Shown here: positions 47,111 through 56,514 of the stretch, piece by piece
Layout of the letters: each line of letters begins with the position of its first letter
Position numbering within the stretch: the first letter of the stretch is position 1
IMG/VR virus record: IMGVR_UViG_3300037785_000020
Span: 1 to 59,580 of that record
Reading direction: 5' to 3' (one strand)
Length of the DNA: 59,580 nucleotides
From: a virus
Lineage: Duplodnaviria > Caudoviricetes
Program-made: the position numbers and the translations under genes
The notes under the pieces: model-generated
Told to the model about the DNA's origin: nothing
Database searches by the model: none
Seen by the model: only the letters and a program-made list of their open reading frames with translations

Positions 47111-49282
47111 ATGACTAAAACAATCAAAGAACAATTATCAGAAGAACGTAAAGAACTACAGGCAAAAGGTTTACTACCTGACTGGTTTATCACACCGGGC
47201 TGGCAGATGTTTAAGCAGAAATACCTGTATGAAGCAGAGGGTTTGTCAGATACCTATGAGCGTATTGCTAAGACTGCTGCTAAGCACATGCCAGACTCAG
47301 AAAAGTGGGAAAAGAAGTTTTACGACATCCTATGGAAAGGGTGGCTTGCCTGCTCCACGCCAGTGTTAGCTAATATGGGGCTACCTAAGCGCGGTTGCCC
47401 AGTCTCCTGCTCAGGCCAGTATATCGGGGATTCTGTGTATGAGTTCTATGCTAACAGGCTTGAGACAGCTATGCTAACTAAAAACGGCTTTGGCACCTCT
47501 GCCTACTTAGGCGATATTCGCCCTCGTGGCGCTAATATCGGCAATGGTAACGGTAAAGCCTCAGGCACTTTACCTGTTTTTAAGATGTTTGTACGGGATA
47601 TGGTGGACGTCGCACAGGGTGGAGTCAGACGCGGAAGTTGGGCTGGGTATATTCCTATTGACCACGGGGATTTCTATGAAGTGTGCACCTACCTGCTAAA
47701 CCAACCAGACGACCTTAACATCGGGTGGAATGTTTCAGAAGAATTTATTAACCGGTTGGAGGCAGGTGACGAAGATGCTATTACTCGTTTCCAGAAAGCT
47801 ATGAAGACTAAGGCTGTCACAGGCAAGGGGTATTTCAACTTTGTAGATAAGACTCATGCCCAGCAACCTCAGATGTACCATGACCTAGGACTGCGAGCTA
47901 AAGCATCAAATCTATGCGTATCCCCTGAGACAATGCTTACTGTACGCAAAGACTTTGTAGGTGCAACCCAGATTAAAATTGCTGACCTTAAGGATGAGTG
48001 GGTCGATGTGTGGAATGGTGAAGAGTGGAGCCACGTTCAGGTGCGTCAGACCTCAGAAGATTCCGCTCTGATTCGGGTGGAGTTTCAAGACGGCAACTAC
48101 CTTGATTGTACGGCATACCACAAGTTCTATTTAGACGGGAGCAATAATAAACCTACCCGAGCTTGGGATTTGAAATCAGGAGATGTACTAGAGTCATGGT
48201 ATAAAGCAGGCAGCGCCACAGACGACCTTACCAAATTAATACCGGGACAACTATGGCCTACTCGCCCTATGGAACGCTCTATTGTAAAGCGCCTAATTTG
48301 GCTGGATAGGCGGGCACCTACGTACTGTGTCACTGAACCTAAGCGTGGTAGAGCTATGTTTAACGGGGTGGTCACGGGCAACTGTACCGAAATTACTCTA
48401 CACTCAGATGAGGAGCATAGTTTTACGTGTGTATTATCCTCAATGAACCTCCATAAATACGATGAGTGGAAGGATACCGATGCTGTGTTTACTGCTACAG
48501 TATTCCTAGATTGTGTGGCGCAGGAGTTTATTGAAATCGGGCGGGGAATCCCCGGCCTAGAAAAATCTGTACGTTTCACTGAGAAAGGTCGAGCCTTAGG
48601 TTTAGGCACACTAGGATTCCATTCATACCTACAGAAACACATGATCCCTATGGAAAGTCTGGAAGCTAACTTGATTAACACTAAGATATTTAAGAATATC
48701 AAGGAGCAGGCAGACAAAGCTACCCGCTGGTTGGCTGAGGAACTAGGTGAACCCGAGTGGTGCAAAGGTTACGGGGTCAGGAATACCCATCTGCTCGCGA
48801 TTGCGCCAAACACCACCTCAGCACTTATCTGTGGTGGAGTATCTCAAGGTATTGAACCAGTAGTTGCCAATGCCTACACCCAGCCGGGGGCAGCAGGTGA
48901 GCTAGATCGTATCAACCCTGAGTTTATTAAGCTGCTTGAGTCTAAAGGTAAGTACAATGATAGGGTCATCGAGAATGTATCAGAGAACTTAGGTAGTGTA
49001 CAACATCTGGATTTCCTAACTGACGAAGAGAAACTAGTATTTAAAACTGCCTATGAGATTGACCAGAAGGTATTAGTTCGCTTAGCATCTAACCGCCAGC
49101 CGTATATCTGTCAAGGCCAGTCTCTTAACCTATTCTTTGCCGCAGACGAGGATGAAGCCTATATTGCTGAGGTACACAGAGAAGCTTTCCTTGACAAGAA
49201 CATAAAATCGTTGTATTATATGCGTACATTGGCTGGTGTTCAAGCAAGTAAAGATGATGAGTGCCTTTCATGCGAAGGCTAA
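47111..49282 (+). CDS. nrdA: Ribonucleotide reductase class I, alpha subunit (intein-containing)
   Basis: STPVLAN, PVSC, QGGVRRG, SNL|CTEI, AIAPNTTS, QGQS.NLF, SLYY, C-terminal CLSCEG. Confidence 0.95.
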   Translation: MTKTIKEQLSEERKELQAKGLLPDWFITPGWQMFKQKYLYEAEGLSDTYERIAKTAAKHMPDSEKWEKKFYDILWKGWLACSTPVLANMGLPKRGCPVSCSGQYIGDSVYEFYANRLETAMLTKNGFGTSAYLGDIRPRGANIGNGNGKASGTLPVFKMFVRDMVDVAQGGVRRGSWAGYIPIDHGDFYEVCTYLLNQPDDLNIGWNVSEEFINRLEAGDEDAITRFQKAMKTKAVTGKGYFNFVDKTHAQQPQMYHDLGLRAKASNLCVSPETMLTVRKDFVGATQIKIADLKDEWVDVWNGEEWSHVQVRQTSEDSALIRVEFQDGNYLDCTAYHKFYLDGSNNKPTRAWDLKSGDVLESWYKAGSATDDLTKLIPGQLWPTRPMERSIVKRLIWLDRRAPTYCVTEPKRGRAMFNGVVTGNCTEITLHSDEEHSFTCVLSSMNLHKYDEWKDTDAVFTATVFLDCVAQEFIEIGRGIPGLEKSVRFTEKGRALGLGTLGFHSYLQKHMIPMESLEANLINTKIFKNIKEQADKATRWLAEELGEPEWCKGYGVRNTHLLAIAPNTTSALICGGVSQGIEPVVANAYTQPGAAGELDRINPEFIKLLESKGKYNDRVIENVSENLGSVQHLDFLTDEEKLVFKTAYEIDQKVLVRLASNRQPYICQGQSLNLFFAADEDEAYIAEVHREAFLDKNIKSLYYMRTLAGVQASKDDECLSCEG
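47915..48382 (+). mobile_element. Mini-intein (156 aa) in RNR alpha at the catalytic Cys
   Basis: SNL|CVSPETML...CTAYHKF...TYCVTEP...VTGN|CTEI. Confidence 0.9.
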
Positions 49283-49299
49283 ACTATTGATACATAAGG

Positions 49300-49785
49300 A
49301 TGTTTATTATGTTTAAATCTGCATATGCTAAATTAAAAGGTAACTTAATTGAGGCGCTTGACTTATCAGAGTGGTCTGAGGAGCCTAGCATCTTGTCTAG
49401 GATACGGGACTTGAAGAACGGGTTAGAACGAGCCAAGGCACATCACGAAAGTCAAGGTGTGTCTTTACGCAGGTTGAAAGTTGTAGGTAACGACACTGAC
49501 GGTTGGGAAGTTAACTTTACTACAGTATCTTATTATGGAATAGTAGAACGTGTGCTTTACAAAGTGTACAAGAGAGGTATCAAAGATGATAAATTAACAG
49601 CTTGGGAATTTACTGAGTACACAGACCTTATGGATAAGAGGATAGATAAGGTAGAGGTATACGGCAAAGCAGGGGAGACAATAAAGAGGCCACTACTTAA
49701 GTACGAAAAAAAGTTTCCTACCAAAGAAGCTGCGTATACTGCCGCCCTTGAAAACCTCGAGTTTTTTGTAATTACTGAAATATAA
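49300..49785 (+). CDS. Hypothetical protein, paralog A1
   Basis: C-terminus similar to the next ORF. Confidence 0.65.
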   Translation: MFIMFKSAYAKLKGNLIEALDLSEWSEEPSILSRIRDLKNGLERAKAHHESQGVSLRRLKVVGNDTDGWEVNFTTVSYYGIVERVLYKVYKRGIKDDKLTAWEFTEYTDLMDKRIDKVEVYGKAGETIKRPLLKYEKKFPTKEAAYTAALENLEFFVITEI

Positions 49786-49796
49786 GGAGAATTGTT

Positions 49797-50429
49797 ATGT
49801 GGGGTAAGAAAAAAGAAGAAGAAAGTAGGCGACCTGTAAGTATTATGGATGTTGTAACTGGTCTAGATAAAGTACGTACACTGACCGAACACCTAAGGGA
49901 TTATTATGACCCACCGCTCGGGTATATGGATTTATACACACGCAGAAAATGTACCAACCTAGACAGGGTACGTGCGAAGTACGAGTATCTACCCCTCCCT
50001 ACTACGCTAGAGAAGATAGTAGAGGACTCCAAGGATTACATAACCCAACTAAAGGCTAGACTATCTACGCTTGAAAAAGAACTTAGCCGAGCCGAGAAAA
50101 AACCCCGACTTGTTAAGGTTGAGCAACATGAGGACAAGGAATCGTCTTGCTATGGTCAATATTTCCCTGTTGTTATCTGTGATTCGACGCACAACCAGAC
50201 GTTACATAAACGGTACACTAGACACGTAACAGTTAATGATACACTTTCTGATTGGGTGGATGTGGGTGTTGGCCCGCATTACTGGAGTACAGATATTGAA
50301 AAAGTAGAAATTGCCGCAGAGAAAGGTAAAACAGTACACCGATCTCTGGTTCGCTATGAAGGTTTTGACACGGAAGAAGAAGCTGTACTCGCGGCATATA
50401 AGTACCTGAAGGAGAACGCTAATGGCTAA
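49797..50429 (+). CDS. Hypothetical protein, paralog A2
   Basis: AAGGAG RBS; C-terminus similar to the previous ORF. Confidence 0.65.
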   Translation: MWGKKKEEESRRPVSIMDVVTGLDKVRTLTEHLRDYYDPPLGYMDLYTRRKCTNLDRVRAKYEYLPLPTTLEKIVEDSKDYITQLKARLSTLEKELSRAEKKPRLVKVEQHEDKESSCYGQYFPVVICDSTHNQTLHKRYTRHVTVNDTLSDWVDVGVGPHYWSTDIEKVEIAAEKGKTVHRSLVRYEGFDTEEEAVLAAYKYLKENANG

Positions 50430-50661
50430 AATGTTATCTATAATGAAGGATAGAGGCGACGAACAGCTAATATCTTATCTAAAACTACTTGAGGGTATGT
50501 CTACCGAAGAGCTAGTCGGGGAGCTGTTTTCCTACCTAGATGCTGTAGAGGAGAGCGACTCCGGTAGAGAATTTCATCCTGTGACTATTTCTAGTTGTAG
50601 GGTGGGGTATCAACAAACACTAGGCGCAGTGCTTAGAAAACTAAGAGAGGTTGCAGTATAA
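50422..50661 (+). CDS. Hypothetical protein, paralog B1
   Basis: S.EELV.ELF..LD..E motif. Confidence 0.65.
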   Translation: MAKMLSIMKDRGDEQLISYLKLLEGMSTEELVGELFSYLDAVEESDSGREFHPVTISSCRVGYQQTLGAVLRKLREVAV

Positions 50662-50843
50662 TGTGGGTGTACCAACAAGTAGGCCGCATCAAACAGATGT
50701 TGAGCTATTACACAAACAACCCGTCCCAGTATATAACCGACAGCCAAGGCAGACCTCTCCCTGCGGAGATACAACAACAACTACAGGGTATCGTGGTTGA
50801 ATTAGAGAAATTGGAACATTACACGAGAGGAAGGCAAATATGA
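50661..50843 (+). CDS. Hypothetical protein
   Basis: 60-aa coupled ORF. Confidence 0.55.
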   Translation: MWVYQQVGRIKQMLSYYTNNPSQYITDSQGRPLPAEIQQQLQGIVVELEKLEHYTRGRQI

Positions 50844-51082
50844 AAAAACTACCTAAGCCACAGAAAGAATATGAGGAGGGTCTTATGGCGTACCGAGAAG
50901 AGGTTAAGAAGCTTAGTCTGGAGGAGCTGGTCTATGAACTATTCACATTTCTAGACTATGAGGAGCAGATGCCCAACTCAAAATACCCAGATAAACCAAC
51001 ACACTTGCTTTGCTCTGATAAAGAGATTATGGGGCCGCTATACACCCTAGTGAATGAGTTAAGAAAGAGAGTAGGTGCGTGA
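50840..51082 (+). CDS. Hypothetical protein, paralog B2
   Basis: S.EELV.ELF..LD.EE motif. Confidence 0.65.
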   Translation: MKKLPKPQKEYEEGLMAYREEVKKLSLEELVYELFTFLDYEEQMPNSKYPDKPTHLLCSDKEIMGPLYTLVNELRKRVGA

Positions 51083-51178
51083 TGTGTGTACTAATTTCTA
51101 GTTTTATGGGTGTATTGATAGGTGGTTTTCTAACAGCACTATTTATCATGAGCGGGTTTCCACCGGAGGATTTCTAAC

Positions 51179-51454
51179 ATGCTTACTGAGGATAAAATAT
51201 TGGCGAAGGCTGTGGCTACGGCAGTGAAGGTATTGGGTGTACCTGAGCATATCGCCTTAGCAGTACCTTTATCCTGCGTAGTTATTTATCAATATCTACA
51301 CACTCTGCTTGGGGGTGACACTGACCGTATCAAAGAGTGGATGCACACACCTAACAAAGCCTTTGAGGGTAAGTCTGCTGTGGAGTTGTTGGAAGCGGAT
51401 GAACTTAATATAGAAGTGATAAAGAATTACCTAGGAGCAATTATTTATGGATAA
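51179..51454 (+). CDS. Xre/MbcA/ParS-type antitoxin C-terminal domain protein
   Basis: IY..L..LLGGD....KEWMHTPNKAFEG.S..ELL...I..I..YL. Confidence 0.7.
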   Translation: MLTEDKILAKAVATAVKVLGVPEHIALAVPLSCVVIYQYLHTLLGGDTDRIKEWMHTPNKAFEGKSAVELLEADELNIEVIKNYLGAIIYG

Positions 51455-51806
51455 GACAGATATAAACATAGGTGAGGAGCTCACCAAACTCTTGGCGGAT
51501 ACTGTTGAGTTTGAAGAGAGGATTGCTAAGGATCTGTCGCAGCTTCGTATGCAAAATAGGGATTTATGGGCTCGCGTAGAGAAGAAAGACTCAGTAACTA
51601 TTGTAGACCAAGGTGTCTTAGCTATGCGCGGTTCTGACCGTATAAGAGACGGCAAAGCTTTATTAACTATTCGCGCACAGGACTGCACACAGGATGTGCA
51701 ATTATGGCTTAGCGGCCCCGCCCTGCTACGTCTTCAATCAGAGATTGGTATTGCCTATAGTAAATTACAGAGGGTTATAGACGATGGCAAAAACCCCACA
51801 AAGTAG
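51447..51806 (+). CDS. Hypothetical protein
   Basis: AGGAG RBS, 119 aa. Confidence 0.6.
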   Translation: MDKTDINIGEELTKLLADTVEFEERIAKDLSQLRMQNRDLWARVEKKDSVTIVDQGVLAMRGSDRIRDGKALLTIRAQDCTQDVQLWLSGPALLRLQSEIGIAYSKLQRVIDDGKNPTK

Positions 51807-52122
51807 AAAATCCAAAGGCCGTCGTTTCCAGCAGTTTATCAGGGATGCTATCCTAGAGAAGTTCCCTCAATTAACTGAGCGGGATGTAGAATCTACAGGT
51901 ATGGGTCAAAGCGGGGCAGATATTAAATTATCCCAAGCTGCTGTAGAGAAGTTCCCCTACTCAGTAGAAGCCAAGAATCAGGAGACAGTATCTTTGTGGG
52001 CTTGGTGGCGACAAACAGAATCTAACGTAGACAAAGACACAAAACCACTCTTAGTAATAAAAAAGAATAGACAAGAGCCTTTGGCTGTGCTAAGATTTAA
52101 AGACTTTATGGATTTATTATAA
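51784..52122 (+). CDS. Holliday junction resolvase (Hjc-like PD-(D/E)XK)
   Basis: SRKSKGRRFQQ, S..MG..G.DI.LS, YSVEAKNQE, PLLVIKKNR. Confidence 0.85.
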   Translation: MAKTPQSRKSKGRRFQQFIRDAILEKFPQLTERDVESTGMGQSGADIKLSQAAVEKFPYSVEAKNQETVSLWAWWRQTESNVDKDTKPLLVIKKNRQEPLAVLRFKDFMDLL

Positions 52123-52139
52123 CAACGAATGAGGTCCCC

Positions 52140-52892
52140 ATGAAAATTCTTATCTGGGACATAGAACTAAGTTACATGTTGGCGGCGGTGTTTTCGCTTA
52201 AGACGGACTATATATCACCTAAGAATATTGTCAAGGATCAAACAGTGCTCTGCGGTGCATGGAAATGGTTAGGGGATAAGACTACTCATGCGGTGTGTGT
52301 TGACCCCTCCGACCCTGATGATGACGTAGAAGTTGTGCAAACATTACGTGATGTAGTGTCTGAGGCAGATATTATTGTACACCACAACGGGGATCGCTTC
52401 GATATTAAGAAGCTTAACTCAAGGGTTATCTACCATAAGCTAGAACCTATGCCACCGGTCAGGATGATCGACACCTTAAAAGAGGTTCGCAAAGTAGCCT
52501 CATTCTCCTCTAATAAACTAGACTTCCTAGGAGATAGATTAGTGGATGACACAAAGATTGAGACATCTTACGCCCTGTGGTTTGACATCTTGACAGGCGA
52601 TTATTGTGCCCGCAAAGCTGCGCTCAAGGCCATGGTTACATATAATAAGAAGGATGTAACTTTGCTTGAGGATGTGTACCTACGCCTACGCCCTTACATG
52701 AAAAATCACCCAAATGCAGGCTTGTATTTACCCACAGAGGATGTTATATGTCCTAAGTGCAGCAGCATAGATATGCAGAAAAGAGGTTTCTTTATGACTA
52801 ACAAAGGTAAATACCAACGCTACCAGTGTAAGGATTGTGGTTCTTGGACTAAGGGTGGTAAAGCTTTAAAAACATCGGAGATTGGCGGATAA
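52140..52892 (+). CDS. RNase H-like (DEDD) exonuclease with C-terminal zinc ribbon
   Basis: IWDIE, HNGDRFD, IDTL, SNKLD, YNKKDV; CPKC...CKDC. Confidence 0.8.
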   Translation: MKILIWDIELSYMLAAVFSLKTDYISPKNIVKDQTVLCGAWKWLGDKTTHAVCVDPSDPDDDVEVVQTLRDVVSEADIIVHHNGDRFDIKKLNSRVIYHKLEPMPPVRMIDTLKEVRKVASFSSNKLDFLGDRLVDDTKIETSYALWFDILTGDYCARKAALKAMVTYNKKDVTLLEDVYLRLRPYMKNHPNAGLYLPTEDVICPKCSSIDMQKRGFFMTNKGKYQRYQCKDCGSWTKGGKALKTSEIGG

Positions 52893-53050
52893 TGGGGTAT
52901 AAAGATAGAACATGGTGTTGTGAGCCCACCTGCAGAGGTAAGTGTGGTAGGCCCTACTTCACAGAAGAAGACCGTAAAGCCGCAGAAAAGTGGTGGGGCG
53001 GAAAAGATTTCCCGATTTCATATTTAGTACATGAGGTAAAAGATGATTAG
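52892..53050 (+). CDS. 52-aa Cys-rich protein
   Basis: MGYKDRTWCCEPTCRGKCGR...; TAATG coupling. Confidence 0.55.
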   Translation: MGYKDRTWCCEPTCRGKCGRPYFTEEDRKAAEKWWGGKDFPISYLVHEVKDD

Positions 53051-53579
53051 AGTAGGTGATAAGATTAGGATTCTTGAGCACTGTGCCGAAGGGGCTCAGG
53101 TCGAAGTAGGGGATGTACTAACTGTTGCTTATACCTGCCCTGAGGATGGTGTTTTTGAGGCTGATGATTGGGAGTTTTCTCTATGTTTAGAGGGGCGTAC
53201 TTGGGAGAAAGTAAACCAAGGTAATACTATCACCAGTAAAGACTATCTTGCTGCATGGGAGAAGGTTCGCGCAGGGACAAGACCGGGGCAAGAGTTCACT
53301 AAACATGACCTTGGTAAAGACCAGTGGTCGTTAGTACCGTGGGAAGTGTTTGCACCTACAGTAAAAGTATTGACACAGGGCGCAGAAAAGTATAGTAAGC
53401 ATAACTGGCAGTTATGCGAAGACACGGATAGGTACAAAGACGCACTATTCAGGCACCTGATGGCATATATGTCTGGTGAAAAAACTGATGAAGAGTCTGG
53501 ACAACCACACCTAAATCATGTAATCTGTAACTGCCTGTTTCTGGCATGGTTTGACAAACAAGAAGAAAAGGATAAGTAA
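53043..53579 (+). CDS. dATP/dGTP diphosphohydrolase-like (DUF5664) protein
   Basis: KHD.GK..WSLVP, GAEKY..HNW, AL.RHL, D.ESG.PHL.H. Confidence 0.8.
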   Translation: MIRVGDKIRILEHCAEGAQVEVGDVLTVAYTCPEDGVFEADDWEFSLCLEGRTWEKVNQGNTITSKDYLAAWEKVRAGTRPGQEFTKHDLGKDQWSLVPWEVFAPTVKVLTQGAEKYSKHNWQLCEDTDRYKDALFRHLMAYMSGEKTDEESGQPHLNHVICNCLFLAWFDKQEEKDK

Positions 53580-53737
53580 TGGCATACCGAGGAAGATTCG
53601 ACATTGACTATGTTAAGGAGATTATGGTACCTGCACTCTTTCCTAGTGAAGAGGATGGGAACCCAGACAAATATGTAATAGGTATAGACTACGCAACTAA
53701 CCAAATTGTCTTAGAGGAGATTACTGATGAAACTTAA
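53579..53737 (+). CDS. Hypothetical 52-aa protein
   Basis: TAATG coupling; fills the gap to the Prs-like gene. Confidence 0.5.
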   Translation: MAYRGRFDIDYVKEIMVPALFPSEEDGNPDKYVIGIDYATNQIVLEEITDET

Positions 53738-54461
53738 TCACTACCCCTCAGGGGAGCTTCGTCTTGAGACAGAGGGATGCCTATACCTAACCGCTAAGAC
53801 ATCTGATGAGTTGGTGGCAACCCTGCTAACAGTAGCCGCAGAAAACTTACCGGTTGTGGATATCCCCTACTTCCCTTACGCTAGGGAGGATAAACCTGTA
53901 GATGGGCGGGTCAACACCCTTAAAGGTCTATGTAAGATATTAAACCTGCTGGGGTGCCACGTCAACACCTACGACTTGCACAGTTATGTACCGGAAATGC
54001 TCCTAAATAGCGTCACGAATACACCCCAGTGGCAGATACTCGACCGGTATTTCAAAAGGGAGGTAGCCGCTCTGGGGCCAAACACTGTCATAGTCGCCCC
54101 AGATAAGGGGGCTTCAGCTAAAGCAGCTAGGGCAGCAGAGATTTTTGGTCTTCCGTTAGTACAGGGGTACAAAGTTAGAAATACAGCAACAGGGGCTTTG
54201 TCGGGTTTTGAGGTAGACGATGTTGATTTGACAGGGAAGACAGCACTCGTCTTGGACGACATTTGTGATGGTGGTGGAACTTTTCTAGGTCTGGCTAAGA
54301 AGCTTAGAGAGAAGGGTGCTGAAACCCTTATATTGTATGTAACCCACGGGTTATTTACAAAAGGCTTAGAATCCTTGTTAAATACCTATAATTATATCTG
54401 GACAACAAACACAGTGTGTGATATACATAACACTAAAGTAATAGTAAAGGAAGTAGTATAA
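53727..54461 (+). CDS. PRPP-synthetase-like protein (ADPR-PP synthetase, Adps-like)
   Basis: YPSGE, PYFPYARED, DLHS, VAPDKGA, LDDICDGGGTF, VTHGLF. Confidence 0.85.
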   Translation: MKLNHYPSGELRLETEGCLYLTAKTSDELVATLLTVAAENLPVVDIPYFPYAREDKPVDGRVNTLKGLCKILNLLGCHVNTYDLHSYVPEMLLNSVTNTPQWQILDRYFKREVAALGPNTVIVAPDKGASAKAARAAEIFGLPLVQGYKVRNTATGALSGFEVDDVDLTGKTALVLDDICDGGGTFLGLAKKLREKGAETLILYVTHGLFTKGLESLLNTYNYIWTTNTVCDIHNTKVIVKEVV

Positions 54462-55891
54462 TGCGAATTAACCCGTTAACTGCCATAGATTTCTATAAAG
54501 CAGATCACCGACGCCAGTATCCAGAGGGTACTAACTTAGTTTACTCCAACTTCACTGCCCGGTCAGGTAAATATTCTAATCTACCTAAGGATTGGAACGG
54601 TAAGGTTGTTATGTTCGGGTTAACTTATTTTATTAAAGAGTTCCTAGACGAGACATTTAACGATATGTTCTTTAATATGCCTGAGGAAGCCGTTGTTGAA
54701 GCCTATAAGAAGCGCCTAGATACCGCACTTGGTGGGGACTGGGATGTATCACATATTAGAGCATTACACCAACTAGGATATCTACCACTGGAGATTAGGG
54801 CGTTACCGGAGCTCACAGAAGTACCCATCAAAGTACCAATGTTGACTGTACACAACACCCACCCAGACTTCTTTTGGTTAGTGAATTATATTGAAAGTGT
54901 TATGTCATGCTACCTGTGGAAATCATGCACCTCTGCAACAACAGCAAAATACTACCACGATCTTTTGTCTAAATACGCAGAGGAAACTACAGGAGACACT
55001 AGTTTCGTGCCATTTCAAGCCCACGACTTCAGCTTCCGTGGGATGGCAAGCCCCCAAGATGCTGCTATCTCAGGGGCCGCACATCTGCAATACTTTAAAG
55101 GTACTGACTCAGTATTAGCCATCGATCTCCTAGAACAGTATTACGGTAAGGACTGCACTAAGGAGCTAATAGGCTGCTCTGTCCCCGCTACGGAACACTC
55201 TGTTATGTGTATGGGCACAGAAGAAGGGGAGGTCGAGACCTTTAAGCGTCTAATTACAGAGCTCTACCCATCAGGTATTGTGTCTATTGTGTCTGATACA
55301 TGGGACTTCTGGCAGGTTATCTCCGAGTATACCAAGCGGCTGAAGGATGACATACTGGCTCGCGATGGGAAGGTAGTTTTCCGCCCAGACTCGGGTGATC
55401 CTGTTAAAATTATTTGCGGTGACCCTACAGCCCCGGAAGGTACACTTGAGCACAAAGGTGCTGTGGAAGTTTTGTGGGAAGAATTTGGCGGTGAAATTAC
55501 CAAACAGGGGTATAAGGTACTAGACTCTCATGTAGGCCTTATCTACGGCGATTCTATTACTCCTGAGGTAGCTAAATCTATGCTGGAGGCTCTAAGAGCT
55601 AAAGGGTACGCCTCTACTAATATTGTCCTAGGTGTGGGCTCATTCACTTACCAGTATGTCACACGGGATACCTACGGCTTTGCAGTAAAAGCCACCTATG
55701 GGGAGGTTGACGGAGTTGGCCGGGAGATTTACAAAGACCCCAAGACGGACTCAGGGATGAAGAAGTCGGCTAAAGGGCTGCTACATGTTCGCAACGAGGG
55801 TGGTGAGCTGGTCTTGGTGGATAGACACACATCCCTAGAGGATAGTGGGGAGTTAAAAACAGTATACAAAGATGGAGTTATCTATGTCTGA
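54461..55891 (+). CDS. NAMPT-like protein (nicotinamide ADPR transferase, Namat-like)
   Basis: DFYK..H..QYP, HDFSFRG, SVPATEHSVM, SIVSDTWD, RPDSGDP, IYGDSIT, KKSAKG. Confidence 0.9.
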   Translation: MRINPLTAIDFYKADHRRQYPEGTNLVYSNFTARSGKYSNLPKDWNGKVVMFGLTYFIKEFLDETFNDMFFNMPEEAVVEAYKKRLDTALGGDWDVSHIRALHQLGYLPLEIRALPELTEVPIKVPMLTVHNTHPDFFWLVNYIESVMSCYLWKSCTSATTAKYYHDLLSKYAEETTGDTSFVPFQAHDFSFRGMASPQDAAISGAAHLQYFKGTDSVLAIDLLEQYYGKDCTKELIGCSVPATEHSVMCMGTEEGEVETFKRLITELYPSGIVSIVSDTWDFWQVISEYTKRLKDDILARDGKVVFRPDSGDPVKIICGDPTAPEGTLEHKGAVEVLWEEFGGEITKQGYKVLDSHVGLIYGDSITPEVAKSMLEALRAKGYASTNIVLGVGSFTYQYVTRDTYGFAVKATYGEVDGVGREIYKDPKTDSGMKKSAKGLLHVRNEGGELVLVDRHTSLEDSGELKTVYKDGVIYV

Positions 55892-56514
55892 TATTATTAT
55901 TGAAGGTACCGTAGAGGAGTTTGAAGATTACCATATCCCTGTGGTAAAGATTAAGGGCTTAGACGATGGTGATGAAGAGAGTACACAAGAACTAGCCAGC
56001 ACACTTGCTGAGATGACTCATACCTTTTTAACTAAGGCTATTTCTGAGTTGGCTGCTAAAGAAGGGGTAGAACTCTAATGAAAAATACAAGTAGCCTTAA
56101 TGGGTATGTAGAGCAAGACGACGATGGCACCTACACAGCGGTGGTCACATTGGATAACCTACCGAATAAAACTATTGCCGAGGCGTACGCTGGGCATATC
56201 ATGGATCTACTGGATGCGTCTATTGAAAGTTATATGTACCAAGCTGTTGGTGGTACGTTGCAATGAGCTGGGACTACCGAGTGATTTGTAAGAACCCAGA
56301 TGACAAACACAACAGAGAGTTTGGTATCTACGAGGTGTATTACGATGATGATGGCATCATTGGTTGGGTGGATTTACCTGTAGTGCCCCTAGGAACACTT
56401 AACGTGGAATCCTTATATGACGAAGTTAGGAACATCAGGTATGCTATAGACAAACCAGTATTAAAAGTAAACGAAGATAAAAGCTTAGGAGTATGGCATG
56501 GATACGGCTACTGA
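55865..56514 (+). other. Three small hypothetical ORFs (about 55884-56078, 56078-56266, 56263-56514)
   Basis: Coupled starts/stops; the third has the W.YRV...I.EVYYD..G motif. Confidence 0.55.

Noticed and set aside
48127-48765. 212-aa minus ORF and similar antisense ORFs across core genes
   Set aside because: Opposite strand of well-supported genes in a strictly two-arm genome
53043-53579. Z-genome or 7-deazaguanine DNA modification system
   Set aside because: No PurZ, DatZ, FolE/QueCDE or DpdA recognisable in the genome
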